Source: Alphaproteobacteria bacterium
GTDB lineage: Bacteria > Pseudomonadota > Alphaproteobacteria > Bin95
Length of the DNA stretch: 64,000 bases
Assembly (NCBI GenBank): GCA_965205265.1
Contig: CBDBGH010000003.1
Coordinates: forward strand, 32,001-96,000
Direction: 5' to 3'
Under the pieces are notes generated by a model, which worked only from the letters and a program-made list of their open reading frames with translations, was not told the origin of the DNA and did not search any database. Every line of letters begins with the position of its first letter. Position 1 is the first letter of the stretch. Below, in pieces: positions 19,249 to 29,072 of this stretch. The translations under genes were made by a program, and so were the position numbers.

Positions 19249-19668
19249 ATGGAGGAGACCGATCCGATGCCGGATACTACTGTTCAGGTCCGCAAGCTGG
19301 CCCACGCCACCGCCGAGTCGGCGCCGCTGGTTCCCGGGCGGCGGGACTTCTTCAAATACCGCGACCTCGGCGTCACCGAGGCGAGCCTCGGCAGCATGCG
19401 CGCCCAGACCATGACCGCGGTCCGCGGCATGACCGAGCCGACCGGCTGGCACTACCATGAGTGCGAGGGCCAGTTCGTCTATGCGCTCAAGGGCTGGGTG
19501 GACCTCGAATTCGAAACCGGCGAGACGCTGCGCATCCAGGCCGGCGAATCGCTCTTCATCCCGGGCGGGCTGAAGCACAACGAGACGGCGACCTCGGACG
19601 ACCTCGAAATCCTGGAGCTGTCCATTCCGGCGGAGATGGGCACCGTCTCCTGCGACCCGCCCGCCTGA
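19249..19668 (+). CDS. Cupin domain protein
   Basis: WHYHECEGQ...G and IPGGLKH cupin motifs; start may be 19267. Confidence 0.88.
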   Translation: MEETDPMPDTTVQVRKLAHATAESAPLVPGRRDFFKYRDLGVTEASLGSMRAQTMTAVRGMTEPTGWHYHECEGQFVYALKGWVDLEFETGETLRIQAGESLFIPGGLKHNETATSDDLEILELSIPAEMGTVSCDPPA

Positions 19669-19794
19669 CGCGGCGGGCGGCGCCGGCCCGGCGTCCGGCA
19701 GCCCGGTCCCCAAGTCGTCATGCCCGGACTTGTTCCGGGCATCTCCCTCCACCGCTTCTCCCGGAGCGGCCGCATGGATGCCCGGATCAAGTCC

Positions 19795-20099
19795 ATTGCT
19801 GTCCGGTTTAGATTTTGTGGACAGGGCGCATGGTTTGGATTCGACCGGGTTTCGAGGGGTTCGGCGGGATCGGGACTCGGATCGACGCCCGGCGGCCTAG
19901 CCCTGTTCTCGTCATGCCCGGACTTGTTCCGGGTATCCATACGGCCGCCCGGCGGAGCCGCTTGAGAGAGATACCCGGAACAAGTCCGGGTATGACGAAA
20001 GGGGGGGCGTTCGGGCATGACGGACAGGAGGCCGACCGGGGACGCCGCCGCCTCCGAACCCCTGCTCGGCTTCGCTCAATGGCTGAACCGGACAGCCGT
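19795..20099. mobile_element. MITE inserted into a REP hairpin, carrying a second REP doublet
   Basis: TIRs (C)ATTGCTGTCCGGTTTAG / CTGAACCGGACAGCCGT(G); duplication GGATCAAGTCC (19784-19794) / GGAACAAGTCC (20100-20110). Confidence 0.85.
19910..19997. repeat. Family A REP doublet inside the MITE
   Basis: CGTCATGCCCGGACTTGTTCCGGGTATC...GATACCCGGAACAAGTCCGGGTATGACG. Confidence 0.9.
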
Positions 20100-20137
20100 G
20101 GAACAAGTCCGGGCATGACGGGAAGAGGGTGCGTTTT

Positions 20138-20209
20138 CTCTCCACCGGCTGCGGCGGCGTTGTGAGTCATGGATGGACCCCGGCTTCCCTGCTCGGGGTC
20201 GGGGTGACG
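20138..20209. repeat. Right half of a family B REP doublet
   Basis: CTCTCCACCGGCTGCGGCGGC...TGGACCCCGGCT...GGGGTGACG, homologous to 17385-17449. Confidence 0.8.
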
Positions 20210-20249
20210 ATTTCGGGCTCGGGCCGAAATACGGTTCTTTCACAACGGC

Positions 20250-21353
20250 TCAGGCGCGCAGGCGGGCGATCCGGTCTTCCGGCATCCGGCCCCTGTTCTT
20301 CTCTGCGAGGAGGGGCCGGACCAGTTCCGCAAAGCCGGTCGCGGCGGCGGCGTGCGGAAAGCCGGACAGGCAGAAGGAATGGCACCCCGCGTCGATGAAG
20401 GCCTGGAGCTGGTCGGCGCACTGTCGGGGATTGCCGACGACGGCGATGCCGGCCCCGGCCCGGACCCTGGTGATGCCGGTCCAGAGGTTCGGCCCGATCA
20501 TTTCGCCATGTTCGCGCGCCAGTTCCTGCACGCGCCGGTTCGCCGCCGAGTTGAACGTGTTGTCGATGATTTCCCGGCGGTTGGCGTCGGTGCCGTGCGA
20601 GACCAGCCTGCGGGCCGCTGCCCAGGCCTCGTCTTCCGATTCGCGGCACATGATCTGCAGGCGCATGCCGAAGCCGATCTCGTCCCCGCGCCCGAATTGC
20701 GCGGCGCGCCGGCGGATATCGACGATGTTTTCGGCGATCCGCTCCGGCGTGTCGCCCCAGAACAGGTGAACGTCCGAGTGCCGGGCGGACATATCGGCGG
20801 CCTCGGGCGACCCGCCGCCGAGATAGAAGGGGGGATGGGGTTTCTGGTAAATCTCCGGAACGATCGAGCATTTCTTCAGGGTGTGGAAGCGGCCATCGAA
20901 GTCGATGGGCCCCGCCGCCGCCCAGAGCCGCTTCATGATGGCGACTTCTTCGCCCATCAGGGCGTAGCGTTCTTCCTTGCTGTAGCGGATGCCGTCGGCC
21001 TCGAAGTCCGCTTCCGCCTGCCCCGCTATCAGGTTTATCGCGAGGCGCCCGCCGGTCATCCGGTCGAAGGTCGCCAGCATCTTGGCCTGGAGAACCGGAT
21101 TGACATAGCCGGGCTTGGCCGCGATCAGCGGTTTGATCGTCTTCGTCTTGCCGGCGAGGAAGGCGGCGATGACATAGGCTTCCCAGCAGATGTTGACGAC
21201 CGGGATCAGGATGTATTCGAACCCCGCGTCCTCCGCGGCCAGAACGATCCGCTCCATCATTTCCGGCGACGGCGCGATCTCGGACTCCGGGTCGTGGAAG
21301 GCTGTCGTGTCGCCGTTCGTCGGCAGATACCAGCCGAATTCAAGCTGCCGCAT
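20250..21353 (-). CDS. LLM-class flavin-dependent monooxygenase (SsuD-like)
   Basis: FGWYLPTNGD, AEDAGFEYILIP, GGRLAINLIAG and YLGGGS motifs. Confidence 0.9.
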   Translation of the reverse strand: MRQLEFGWYLPTNGDTTAFHDPESEIAPSPEMMERIVLAAEDAGFEYILIPVVNICWEAYVIAAFLAGKTKTIKPLIAAKPGYVNPVLQAKMLATFDRMTGGRLAINLIAGQAEADFEADGIRYSKEERYALMGEEVAIMKRLWAAAGPIDFDGRFHTLKKCSIVPEIYQKPHPPFYLGGGSPEAADMSARHSDVHLFWGDTPERIAENIVDIRRRAAQFGRGDEIGFGMRLQIMCRESEDEAWAAARRLVSHGTDANRREIIDNTFNSAANRRVQELAREHGEMIGPNLWTGITRVRAGAGIAVVGNPRQCADQLQAFIDAGCHSFCLSGFPHAAAATGFAELVRPLLAEKNRGRMPEDRIARLRA

Positions 21354-21402
21354 AAGCCTGCCTCCTCTTCTCCGGCGCCGCGCCCCAGCGGGAGTTCCCG
21401 GC

Positions 21403-22850
21403 CTAGCGCGCGGCGATCGGGCGCTCGCGGCGGAGCGCCCTGCCCGGACGGGCGCCGGTGGGACCACCGTCCGCCCAGACCGCTTCTCCGGCTACCAATA
21501 CCATGCGGATACCGTCCGCCGGAGTCATCGGGTTCTCGAAGGTCGCCCGGTCGATCACGGTCTCGGGGTCGAACAGGCAGAGGTCCGCCACCGCGCCCGG
21601 CTCCACGACGCCGCGCCCGTCAAGCCCGAACCGGTCCGCCGGCAGGCCCGTCATGCGGCGCACGGCCTCTTCCAGCGGCATCAGGCCGAGCTCGCGGCTG
21701 TAGTGGCCCAGCACGCGCGGGAAGGTGCCCCAAAGGCGGGGATGCGGGCGCGGGTCGTGGGGAATGCCGTCCGAGCCGATCATGGCGCGCGGGAAGCGAA
21801 GCACGCGCTGCACATCGTCCTCCGACATGGCGAAATAGATCGCCCCGGCCGGCAACAGCCGGAGCGCCATCTCCTCGTCCGTGACGCCGTGCTCGGCGGC
21901 GATGTCGGAGAGGTCGCGGCCCGCCGCCTCGGGGTAGGGCTCCGACCAGGTAATCAGCACGCGGCTGGAATCCGCCAGGCGGTCGGGCAGCAGCACGGTC
22001 GAGCTCATGGCGTAGGGATAGACGTCGAGCGACACCTGCTGCGCCGCCGCGGCGGCCTCGACCATCGGCAGGAGCGGGCGGTCTTGCCGTGATGGGCGGC
22101 GCCGGACGCCTTGTGGTGCGAGAGCACGACGGCGACGCCCGCGCGCCGGCCGATCTCCAGCGATTCCTCGACCGACTCTTCTAGGAAGGCGCCTTCGTCG
22201 CGCATGTGGGTAGCGTAGAGGCCGCCATAGGGCGCCGCCGCCTCGGTCAGCGCCACCACCTCGTCGGTCGGCGCGGCTCTCGAAGGCGGGTAGAAGAGCC
22301 CCGTGGAGAACCCGACGGCGCCCGCCTGCATGGCCTGCTCGACGCCGGCGCGCATGGCCGCGGTCTCGGCGTCGTTCGCGGGCCGGCCGAGGTCCTCCAC
22401 ATGCTGGACGCGCAGGGTCTGGTGGCCGACCAGGAAGAGCCCGTTGACCACCGGCGGCCGGGCGTCCAGCGCCTCCAGATAGGAGGAGAATGTGGGGAAG
22501 CGGTAGTCGCTCTCGCCGCCCAGCAGGTCCATCGGCGGCGGCGGGCGGCCGTCCGGCCTGAAGGGGGCCAGCGAAATGCCGCAATTGCCGGCGACCACGG
22601 TGGTCACGCCCTGGCTCGCCTTGGCGGCCATGTCGCCGTCGAGGAGCGCGCGGTCGTCATGCGTGTGCACGTCGATGAAGCCCGGCGCGACGACGAGGCC
22701 GCGCGCGTCGATCTCCCGTTCGCCGGTTGCGTCGCCGAGCGCGCCGACCTCCGTTATGCGTCCGCTGTCCACGGCGACATCGGCCCTGCAGCCCGGCGAA
22801 CCCGTGCCGTCCATGACGGTTCCGCCCCGGATTACCAGATCGTGGCGCAT
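21403..22850 (-). pseudogene. N-acyl-D-amino-acid deacylase, frameshifted at ~22071
   Basis: PGFIDVHTHDD, GNCG and HMRDEG in one frame; DVYPY, GSDG and HPRLWGTFPR in another. A single missing base (CGC TCC [C]TG CCG) restores the frame; could be a sequencing error. Confidence 0.88.
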
Positions 22851-22927
22851 GTCCGTTCCTCCTCCCGCCCGTCGCTGGCGCCCTCTCTACCATGCGCGTA
22901 AGGTCGCCGGAAAATCTGGGGGCGTTC

Positions 22928-23806
22928 ATGGGCACACGCGCGATCGGCGAGGTCGCCATTCACCGGGTCGAGGAAAACGCGGGTCCTTCCTTCCTGCCGG
23001 GCCAGCTCTATCCGGACTGGACGCCGGACCATCTGGAGAAGCACCGGGACTGGATGGTGCCGCGCGCCTTCCATGAGCGCAGCGGCAGGCTGATGATGAG
23101 CCTGCACAGCTGGCTCCTGCGCACGCCGCGCCACACGATCCTGGTCGATACATGCGTCGGCAACCGCAAGACCCGCTCGCGCAAGATGTGGGACAATCTC
23201 GACACGCCCTGGCTCGACCGGCTGAAGGCGGCCGGCGTGGCCCCGGAGGAGGTGGATTTCGTCCTCTGCACCCATCTGCACACCGACCATGTGGGCTGGA
23301 ACACCAGGCTGGAGGACGGGCGCTGGGTGCCGACCTTCCCGAATGCGAAATACCTGATCGGCAAGATCGACTACCAGTACCGCACGCAGCGGCTGGAGCT
23401 CTATCCGGACGAGGAGCCGATGGACGGCGCGTTTGCCGACAGCGTGCTGCCCGTGGTGGAGGCGGGGCAGGCGGTCATGGTCGAGGACGGCTACCGGATC
23501 GACGAGGCGATGACGGTCGAGGCCGCGCCCGGCCACACGCCCGGCCACGTCACCATGGCGCTCGAGTCCGGCGGCGAGGAGGCGCTGTTCGTCGGCGACA
23601 TCATGCACCACCCGATCCAGGTGTACGAGCCGCACTGGAACTCGTCCTTCTGCGAGTGGCCGGAGCATGCGGCGGTCACGCGAAGGCGGGTGCTGGAGCG
23701 GGTCGCGGATACGCCGGCGCTGCTGATGCCGGCGCATTTCCCGGACCCGTCCTGCGGCCATGTGCTGAGCGCGGGCGACAGCTTCCGGTTCCGCTTCGCC
23801 GACTGA
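22928..23806 (+). CDS. MBL-fold metallo-hydrolase
   Basis: THLHTDHVGWN, PGHTPGH, GDIMHHP and PAHF motifs. Confidence 0.92.
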   Translation: MGTRAIGEVAIHRVEENAGPSFLPGQLYPDWTPDHLEKHRDWMVPRAFHERSGRLMMSLHSWLLRTPRHTILVDTCVGNRKTRSRKMWDNLDTPWLDRLKAAGVAPEEVDFVLCTHLHTDHVGWNTRLEDGRWVPTFPNAKYLIGKIDYQYRTQRLELYPDEEPMDGAFADSVLPVVEAGQAVMVEDGYRIDEAMTVEAAPGHTPGHVTMALESGGEEALFVGDIMHHPIQVYEPHWNSSFCEWPEHAAVTRRRVLERVADTPALLMPAHFPDPSCGHVLSAGDSFRFRFAD

Positions 23807-23828
23807 GCCCCGGCCGGCCCTTCCCGCG

Positions 23829-25046
23829 ATGCCCGCCCCGCCGAACGCCGGCCGTTATCCCTGGGTCGTCTGCTTCACGTCGCTGCTGCTGGTCTTCTTC
23901 GGCCAGGGCGCGATGTTCGTGCTGAATGTGGAGCTGAAGCCCATTGCCGAGGACATGGGCTGGCCGCGCGAACTGCCCTCGCTCGGCTATACCGCGGCCT
24001 TCTTCGGCGCCGGCGTGGGCGCGCTCTATTTCGGTCCGCTCTCGGAACGCCTCGGCATGGGCAATGTCGCGCTGATCGGCGCGCTTTCGATAGGGTCCGG
24101 CACCTTCCTCGCCGGCTATGTCGAGACGCCGGGCCAGTTGCTGTTGATCTTCGGCGTGCTGATCGGCCTGCTCGGCAATGCCTGCATGTTCGCGCCGCTG
24201 ATGGCCCATGTGATGCGCTGGTTCGACCGCAACCGGGGCCTCGCGCTCGGCATCGCCACCGCCGGGCAGAGCGTCGGCGGCGCCATCTGGCCCTCGATCA
24301 TCACCTGGCTCGACGGGACGGTCGGCTGGCGCGACACCTTCCACATATACGGTCTCCTCTGCTTCGGAATCATGGTGCCGTTGACGATGGTCCTGCGCCG
24401 CCCGGCGCCGCCGGTGACAACGGCGGGGGCCCGGGAGGCGGGGCCGGACGGGCGCGCCTTCGGCCTGCCGGGCGGGGTCGCGACGGCGGTGCTGTGCGCC
24501 GCGATCGTCGGCTGCTGCATACCGATGTCGGTTCCGCTGGTGCATCTCAAGGCCTACGGCACGGACCTCGGCCTCGCGCCGCAGGCGGCCGCGGCAGCGC
24601 TCTCGATGGCGCTCTTCGCCAGCCTTTTCTCGCGCATTCTCGGCGGCGCGCTGGCGGACCGCATCGGCGGGCTGAAGACGCTGCTGATCGGCTCGGCCAT
24701 CCAGTGCGCGATGCTGGCCGTCATCTCGCAGGCGCGCGAAATGTGGTCGCTCTACGCCGCCTGCATCGCCTTCGGCCTCGGCTATGGCGGCATCATCGGC
24801 ATGTACGCCTATATCGTGCGCGAGTATTTTCCCCCGGCCGGCGCGACCCGGCGCATCGCCTGGATCTTCCTGTTCGGCACCATCGGCATGGCGGCCGGCG
24901 GCTGGTTCGGCGGCCGCCTGTTCGACGCCACGGGCAGCTACGAGGCCGCCTTCCTGCTGGCCGCGGCGGTGAACGCGGTGCAGCTCGTCATCGTCGCGGC
25001 CCTCCTCATCCGCGCCCGCCCCGCCGCAAGGCTGGCGGCAGCCTAA
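23829..25046 (+). CDS. MFS transporter
   Basis: ~12 TM segments; WFDRNRGLALG and GALADRIG motifs. Confidence 0.92.
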   Translation: MPAPPNAGRYPWVVCFTSLLLVFFGQGAMFVLNVELKPIAEDMGWPRELPSLGYTAAFFGAGVGALYFGPLSERLGMGNVALIGALSIGSGTFLAGYVETPGQLLLIFGVLIGLLGNACMFAPLMAHVMRWFDRNRGLALGIATAGQSVGGAIWPSIITWLDGTVGWRDTFHIYGLLCFGIMVPLTMVLRRPAPPVTTAGAREAGPDGRAFGLPGGVATAVLCAAIVGCCIPMSVPLVHLKAYGTDLGLAPQAAAAALSMALFASLFSRILGGALADRIGGLKTLLIGSAIQCAMLAVISQAREMWSLYAACIAFGLGYGGIIGMYAYIVREYFPPAGATRRIAWIFLFGTIGMAAGGWFGGRLFDATGSYEAAFLLAAAVNAVQLVIVAALLIRARPAARLAAA

Positions 25047-25163
25047 AGGTGCTTCTGAGGGCTGGCCCTCGAAGTGAAATGGGGACTACCATGGCTCCGC
25101 CCGGTCCGGGCCGTCTTCGAGGCGCCGGCCCGGATGCGCGGTTGCTGAAGAGGAGGAAACGGA

Positions 25164-25583
25164 ATGGCGAGCGTCACCATCAACGGTGAAGCCCGGACCC
25201 TGGACGGACCGGACGACACCGTCCTGTTGTGGGCCCTGCGCGACATGGCGGGCCTCTGCGGCGCCTGCACGGTGCATGTCGACGGCAAGGCCGAGAAGTC
25301 CTGTATGGTGACCGTGGGCGACGTGGCCGGCAAGTCGGTCACCACCATCGAGGGCCTCTCCGCCGACGGCAGCCATCCGGTCCAGGTCGCATGGCGCGAG
25401 CTGCATGTGCCGCAATGCGGCTTCTGCCAGACCGGGCAGATCATGCAGGCCGCGAGCCTGCTGGCCGAGAACCCGAAGCCGACCGACCGGGAAATCCTCG
25501 ACGGCATGGCCGACAATATCTGCCGCTGCGGCTGCTATGAGCGCATCGTCTCCGCGGTGCGGCTCGCATCCACGGGAGTCTAG
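25164..25583 (+). CDS. 2Fe-2S subunit (IorA-like) with an internal in-frame deletion; possibly non-functional
   Basis: QCGFCQTGQ and NICRCG present, but the usual TGTKxGCG segment before LCGAC is absent. Confidence 0.8.
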   Translation: MASVTINGEARTLDGPDDTVLLWALRDMAGLCGACTVHVDGKAEKSCMVTVGDVAGKSVTTIEGLSADGSHPVQVAWRELHVPQCGFCQTGQIMQAASLLAENPKPTDREILDGMADNICRCGCYERIVSAVRLASTGV

Positions 25584-25586
25584 GCC

Positions 25587-27902
25587 ATGCTGCACATGAT
25601 GGAACAAGCGATCCTGGGCGCGCCCGTCCGCGACGCGGCGAAGCTCGCCTTCGCCAATGTCTCCCGCCGGCGCTTCCTGCAGGGCTCGGCGGCCGGTTTC
25701 GCCGTCGCCGCCTTCGCCAGCACCGCCGAGGGCTTCGCGCGCTACAAGACCGGCGGCGACTTCATGCCGAACGGCTTGCGCTACGACCCGCACATCTTCG
25801 TCTCCATCGACCCCGACGGCACGGTGACCATCGTCGCCCACCGCTCGGAGATGGGCACCGGCTCGCGCACCTCGCTGCCGATGGTGCTCGCCGACGAGAT
25901 GGGCGCCGACTGGGGGATGGTGAAGATCGTCCAGGCGGAAGGCGACGAGGAGAAATACGGCAACCAGGACACGGACGGGTCGCGCTCCATGCGCCACCAC
26001 ATCCAGTCCATGCGCCAGATGGGCGCCTCCGTCCGCCATATGCTCGCCAATGCCGCAGCCGAGAAATGGGGCGTGGACGCCGCTTCGGTGAAGGTCGGCG
26101 TGCATGAGGTCGCGGGCGGCGGCAACAGGGCCGGCTTCGGCGAGCTCGCCGAGGCGGCGATGAAGCAGCCCGTGCCGGAGTTCGAGGCGCTCTCCTTCAG
26201 GGACGAGTCCGAGTTCCGCTATATCGGCAAGGGCAGGATCGGCATCTACGACCTGCACGACATCACCACCGGCAAGGCCGTTTACGGCGCCGACGTGATG
26301 CTGCCGGGCATGAAGGTGGCGGCCGTCGCCCGCCCGCCCGTGGTCGGCGCCGAGGCGAAGAGCTATGACGCAAGCGCGGCCATGGCCGTGCCGGGCGTCG
26401 AGCATGTGGTGCCGCTGCCGGCCTCGATCATGCCGGCGAAGTTCGCTCCGCTCGGCGGCGTCGCCGTCGTGGCCTCCAACACCGATGCGGCGATCAAGGG
26501 CCGCGATGCGCTGGAGATCCAGTGGGGCGACAGCCCGCATGGCGGCTACACCTCCGAATCCTACCTGGAGGAGATGCGGGCGACGGCGAAGCAGCCGGGC
26601 AAGGTGCTCCGCGCGGAGGGCGATGCGGCGGCGGCCTTTGCGGGCGCGGCGAAGACCTTCGGGCAGGAATACAGCCAGGCGCATATGGCGCATGCGATGA
26701 TGGAGCCGCCGACGGCGGTCGCCAGCGTTGCGGACGGCAAGTGCGAGGTCTGGGCGCCGGTGCAGTCCCCCTTCGGCGCGCGCGGCGATGTCGCGGCGGC
26801 GCTGGAGATGGATGTCGCCGACGTGCGCGTGAACGTCACCCTGCTCGGCGGCGGGTTCGGGCGGAAGTCCAAATGCGACTTCGTGATCGAGGCCGCGCTG
26901 CTCAGCAAGAAGCTGGGCATGCCGGTCAAGGTGCAGTGGACGCGCGAGGACGATATCCGGCACAGCTTCTACCACACCGCCTCGGTGGAGCGGATCGAGG
27001 TTGCGCTGGACGCCGCGGGCAAGGTGACGGGCTGGCGCCACAACTCGGTGGCGCCGTCGATCCTGTCCACCTTCGCGCCGGACAGCGGGCACCAGTTCTT
27101 CATCGAGAGCGGGATGGGGCATGTCGATATCCCCTTCGAGATCCCGAACCTCTCGGTCGAGAACGGCCCGGCGATGGCGCACACCCGCATCGGCTGGTTC
27201 CGTTCGGTCTCGAACATCCCGCGCGCCTGGGCGGTGCAGTCCTTCGCCTCCGAGCTCGCGGCCGAACTCGGCCGGGACGACCTCGAGGTGATGCTGGAGC
27301 TGATCGGTTCCGACCGGAAGCTCGACCCGCCGAAACAGGGCTTCCCGGAGGACTTCTGGGACTATGGCGAGGTGTATGACGAGTATCCGATCGACACCAT
27401 GCGCCTGAAGAACGTCCTCAGGCTGGCCGCCGAGAAGGGCGGCTGGGGCCGGGAGATGCCGGCGGGCGAGGGCCTCGGCCTTGCGGTGCACCGGTCCTTC
27501 GTCACCTATGTGGCGGCCTGCGCCCGTGTGAAGATCGTGGACGGCAGGATCACCGTTCCGGAGATCCACATGGCGCTGGACTGCGGCTTCGCGGCCAATC
27601 CGGAGCGTATCCGGAGCCAGATGGAAGGCTCGGCCGTGCAGGGCATGACCATCGCCCTCTACAGCGGCGTCACCTTCGAGAACGGCGCGGCCGTGCAGTC
27701 GAACTACCACGACTACCGGATGGTGCGTTCGGACAACTTCCCGGAGAAGGTGCACACCCACATCGTGCCGCATCCCTTCTCGGTCCATGCCTCGGGCGTG
27801 GGCGAGCCGGGCGTGCCGCCGGTGGCGCCGGCGATCGGCAATGCCCTCTTCCATGCGACAGGCAAGCGCATGCGCGACCTGCCCATGGGCGACACCGTCT
27901 GA
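25587..27902 (+). CDS. Molybdopterin oxidoreductase large subunit (IorB-like), Tat signal
   Basis: SRRRFL, RSEMGTG, GGGFGRK and GVGEPGVPP motifs. Confidence 0.93.
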   Translation: MLHMMEQAILGAPVRDAAKLAFANVSRRRFLQGSAAGFAVAAFASTAEGFARYKTGGDFMPNGLRYDPHIFVSIDPDGTVTIVAHRSEMGTGSRTSLPMVLADEMGADWGMVKIVQAEGDEEKYGNQDTDGSRSMRHHIQSMRQMGASVRHMLANAAAEKWGVDAASVKVGVHEVAGGGNRAGFGELAEAAMKQPVPEFEALSFRDESEFRYIGKGRIGIYDLHDITTGKAVYGADVMLPGMKVAAVARPPVVGAEAKSYDASAAMAVPGVEHVVPLPASIMPAKFAPLGGVAVVASNTDAAIKGRDALEIQWGDSPHGGYTSESYLEEMRATAKQPGKVLRAEGDAAAAFAGAAKTFGQEYSQAHMAHAMMEPPTAVASVADGKCEVWAPVQSPFGARGDVAAALEMDVADVRVNVTLLGGGFGRKSKCDFVIEAALLSKKLGMPVKVQWTREDDIRHSFYHTASVERIEVALDAAGKVTGWRHNSVAPSILSTFAPDSGHQFFIESGMGHVDIPFEIPNLSVENGPAMAHTRIGWFRSVSNIPRAWAVQSFASELAAELGRDDLEVMLELIGSDRKLDPPKQGFPEDFWDYGEVYDEYPIDTMRLKNVLRLAAEKGGWGREMPAGEGLGLAVHRSFVTYVAACARVKIVDGRITVPEIHMALDCGFAANPERIRSQMEGSAVQGMTIALYSGVTFENGAAVQSNYHDYRMVRSDNFPEKVHTHIVPHPFSVHASGVGEPGVPPVAPAIGNALFHATGKRMRDLPMGDTV

Positions 27903-27928
27903 TCCGCCTCCGGGCAGGCAGGCAAGGG

Positions 27929-27962
27929 AAAGGGCCGGCCGCCGCGCCGGCCCTTTTTCTTT
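27929..27962 (+). terminator. Rho-independent terminator
   Basis: AAAGGGCCGGC / GCCGGCCCTTT stem followed by a T-rich tract. Confidence 0.8.
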
Positions 27963-28045
27963 GGCGGGCACGGTCGGGCCTGTGACGGATCGGCCGTCTG
28001 GCATAGACTGCCCAGGCGGCGCATCCGGGAAAGGAGCCTCCGAGC

Positions 28046-29035
28046 ATGGCCATCGACGCGATTCCGGCAATCGACCTCGGGCCCTGGTGGTCCGGCGGCG
28101 CGGCCGGCCGGCGGGAGGTGGCCGGGCAGGTCGCCCGGGCCTGCGAGACCGTCGGCTTCCTGATCGTCACCGGCCACGGCATTCCCCAGCAGGTGATCGA
28201 CCGCGCCTTTTCGGTCTCGCGGGCGTTCTTCGACCTGCCCGCGGAGGAAAAGGCCAGGTTCATGCCGGAAGACGGGGTGGCGCCGCGCGGCTACCACGCC
28301 GTCGCGACGCGGAACCTCGCGCGCACCTATGGGCAGGAGACGCCGCCCGACCTGAGGGAGCAGTTCTTCATCGGCCCCCTCGCCCCGCGCGCCGAGCGGT
28401 TCGCCCATATTCCGGAGGCCGCGCTTTACTATTCGGAGAATATCTGGCCGGCCCGTCCCGCCGCCTACCGGGAGGTCTTCACCGAGTTCTACGGCGCGTT
28501 CGAAGGCCTCGCGGCGCGCCTGATGGGGATTTTCGCCGTGGCGCTCGGCCTGCCGGAGTCGTTCTTCGACGACAAGATCGACGGGCATTTCAGCACCTGT
28601 CCGTCGAACCACTATCCCGTCATCCAGGACGACCCGCAGCCGGGCCAGCTCCGCTGCGGCGCGCACACCGATTTCGGCAGCCTGACGATCCTCGCCTTCA
28701 ACGATGCGCCGGGCGGCCTGCAGGCGCTGATGCCGGACGGCTCCTGGCTGGATGTCCGGCCGGGGCCGGGGCAGCTGGTCGTCAATCTGGGTGACATGAT
28801 GGCGCGCTGGACCAACGACCGCTGGAAGTCCACCGTCCACCGCGTCGTCAATCCGCCGGCGGAACGGCGCGGGGAAAGCCGGCGCCAGACCATCGGCTAT
28901 TTCCTGCACCCGAACTACGACGCCGAGATCGACTGCCTGGAAGGCTGCTGGGGCCCCGGCAACCCGCCGAAATACCCCCGGATCAGGGCCGGCGACCACA
29001 TGCGCGAGAAGCTGGAAGCCCGGATCGACGGGTAG
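28046..29035 (+). CDS. 2OG-Fe(II) oxygenase, isopenicillin N synthase family
   Basis: IPAIDL, HTDFGSLTIL, NLGDMMARWTND and STVHRV motifs. Confidence 0.93.
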   Translation: MAIDAIPAIDLGPWWSGGAAGRREVAGQVARACETVGFLIVTGHGIPQQVIDRAFSVSRAFFDLPAEEKARFMPEDGVAPRGYHAVATRNLARTYGQETPPDLREQFFIGPLAPRAERFAHIPEAALYYSENIWPARPAAYREVFTEFYGAFEGLAARLMGIFAVALGLPESFFDDKIDGHFSTCPSNHYPVIQDDPQPGQLRCGAHTDFGSLTILAFNDAPGGLQALMPDGSWLDVRPGPGQLVVNLGDMMARWTNDRWKSTVHRVVNPPAERRGESRRQTIGYFLHPNYDAEIDCLEGCWGPGNPPKYPRIRAGDHMREKLEARIDG

Positions 29036-29072
29036 GAGGCACGCGAAGAAGTCGAAATGCGCATCTTTCCTG

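Larger units (their letters stand above)
19716..20120. repeat. Family A REP doublet whose right arm is split by an insertion
   Basis: Left arm 19716-19743; right arm GATGCCCGGATCAAGTCC (to 19794) resumes as GGGCATGACG at 20111. Confidence 0.85.

Noticed and set aside
25086-28070. 994-aa minus-strand ORF, and similar long ORFs such as 47280..50120, 13709..15892 and 8456..10234
   Set aside because: Antisense or alternate-frame shadows of well-supported genes in high-GC DNA; no motifs of their own.
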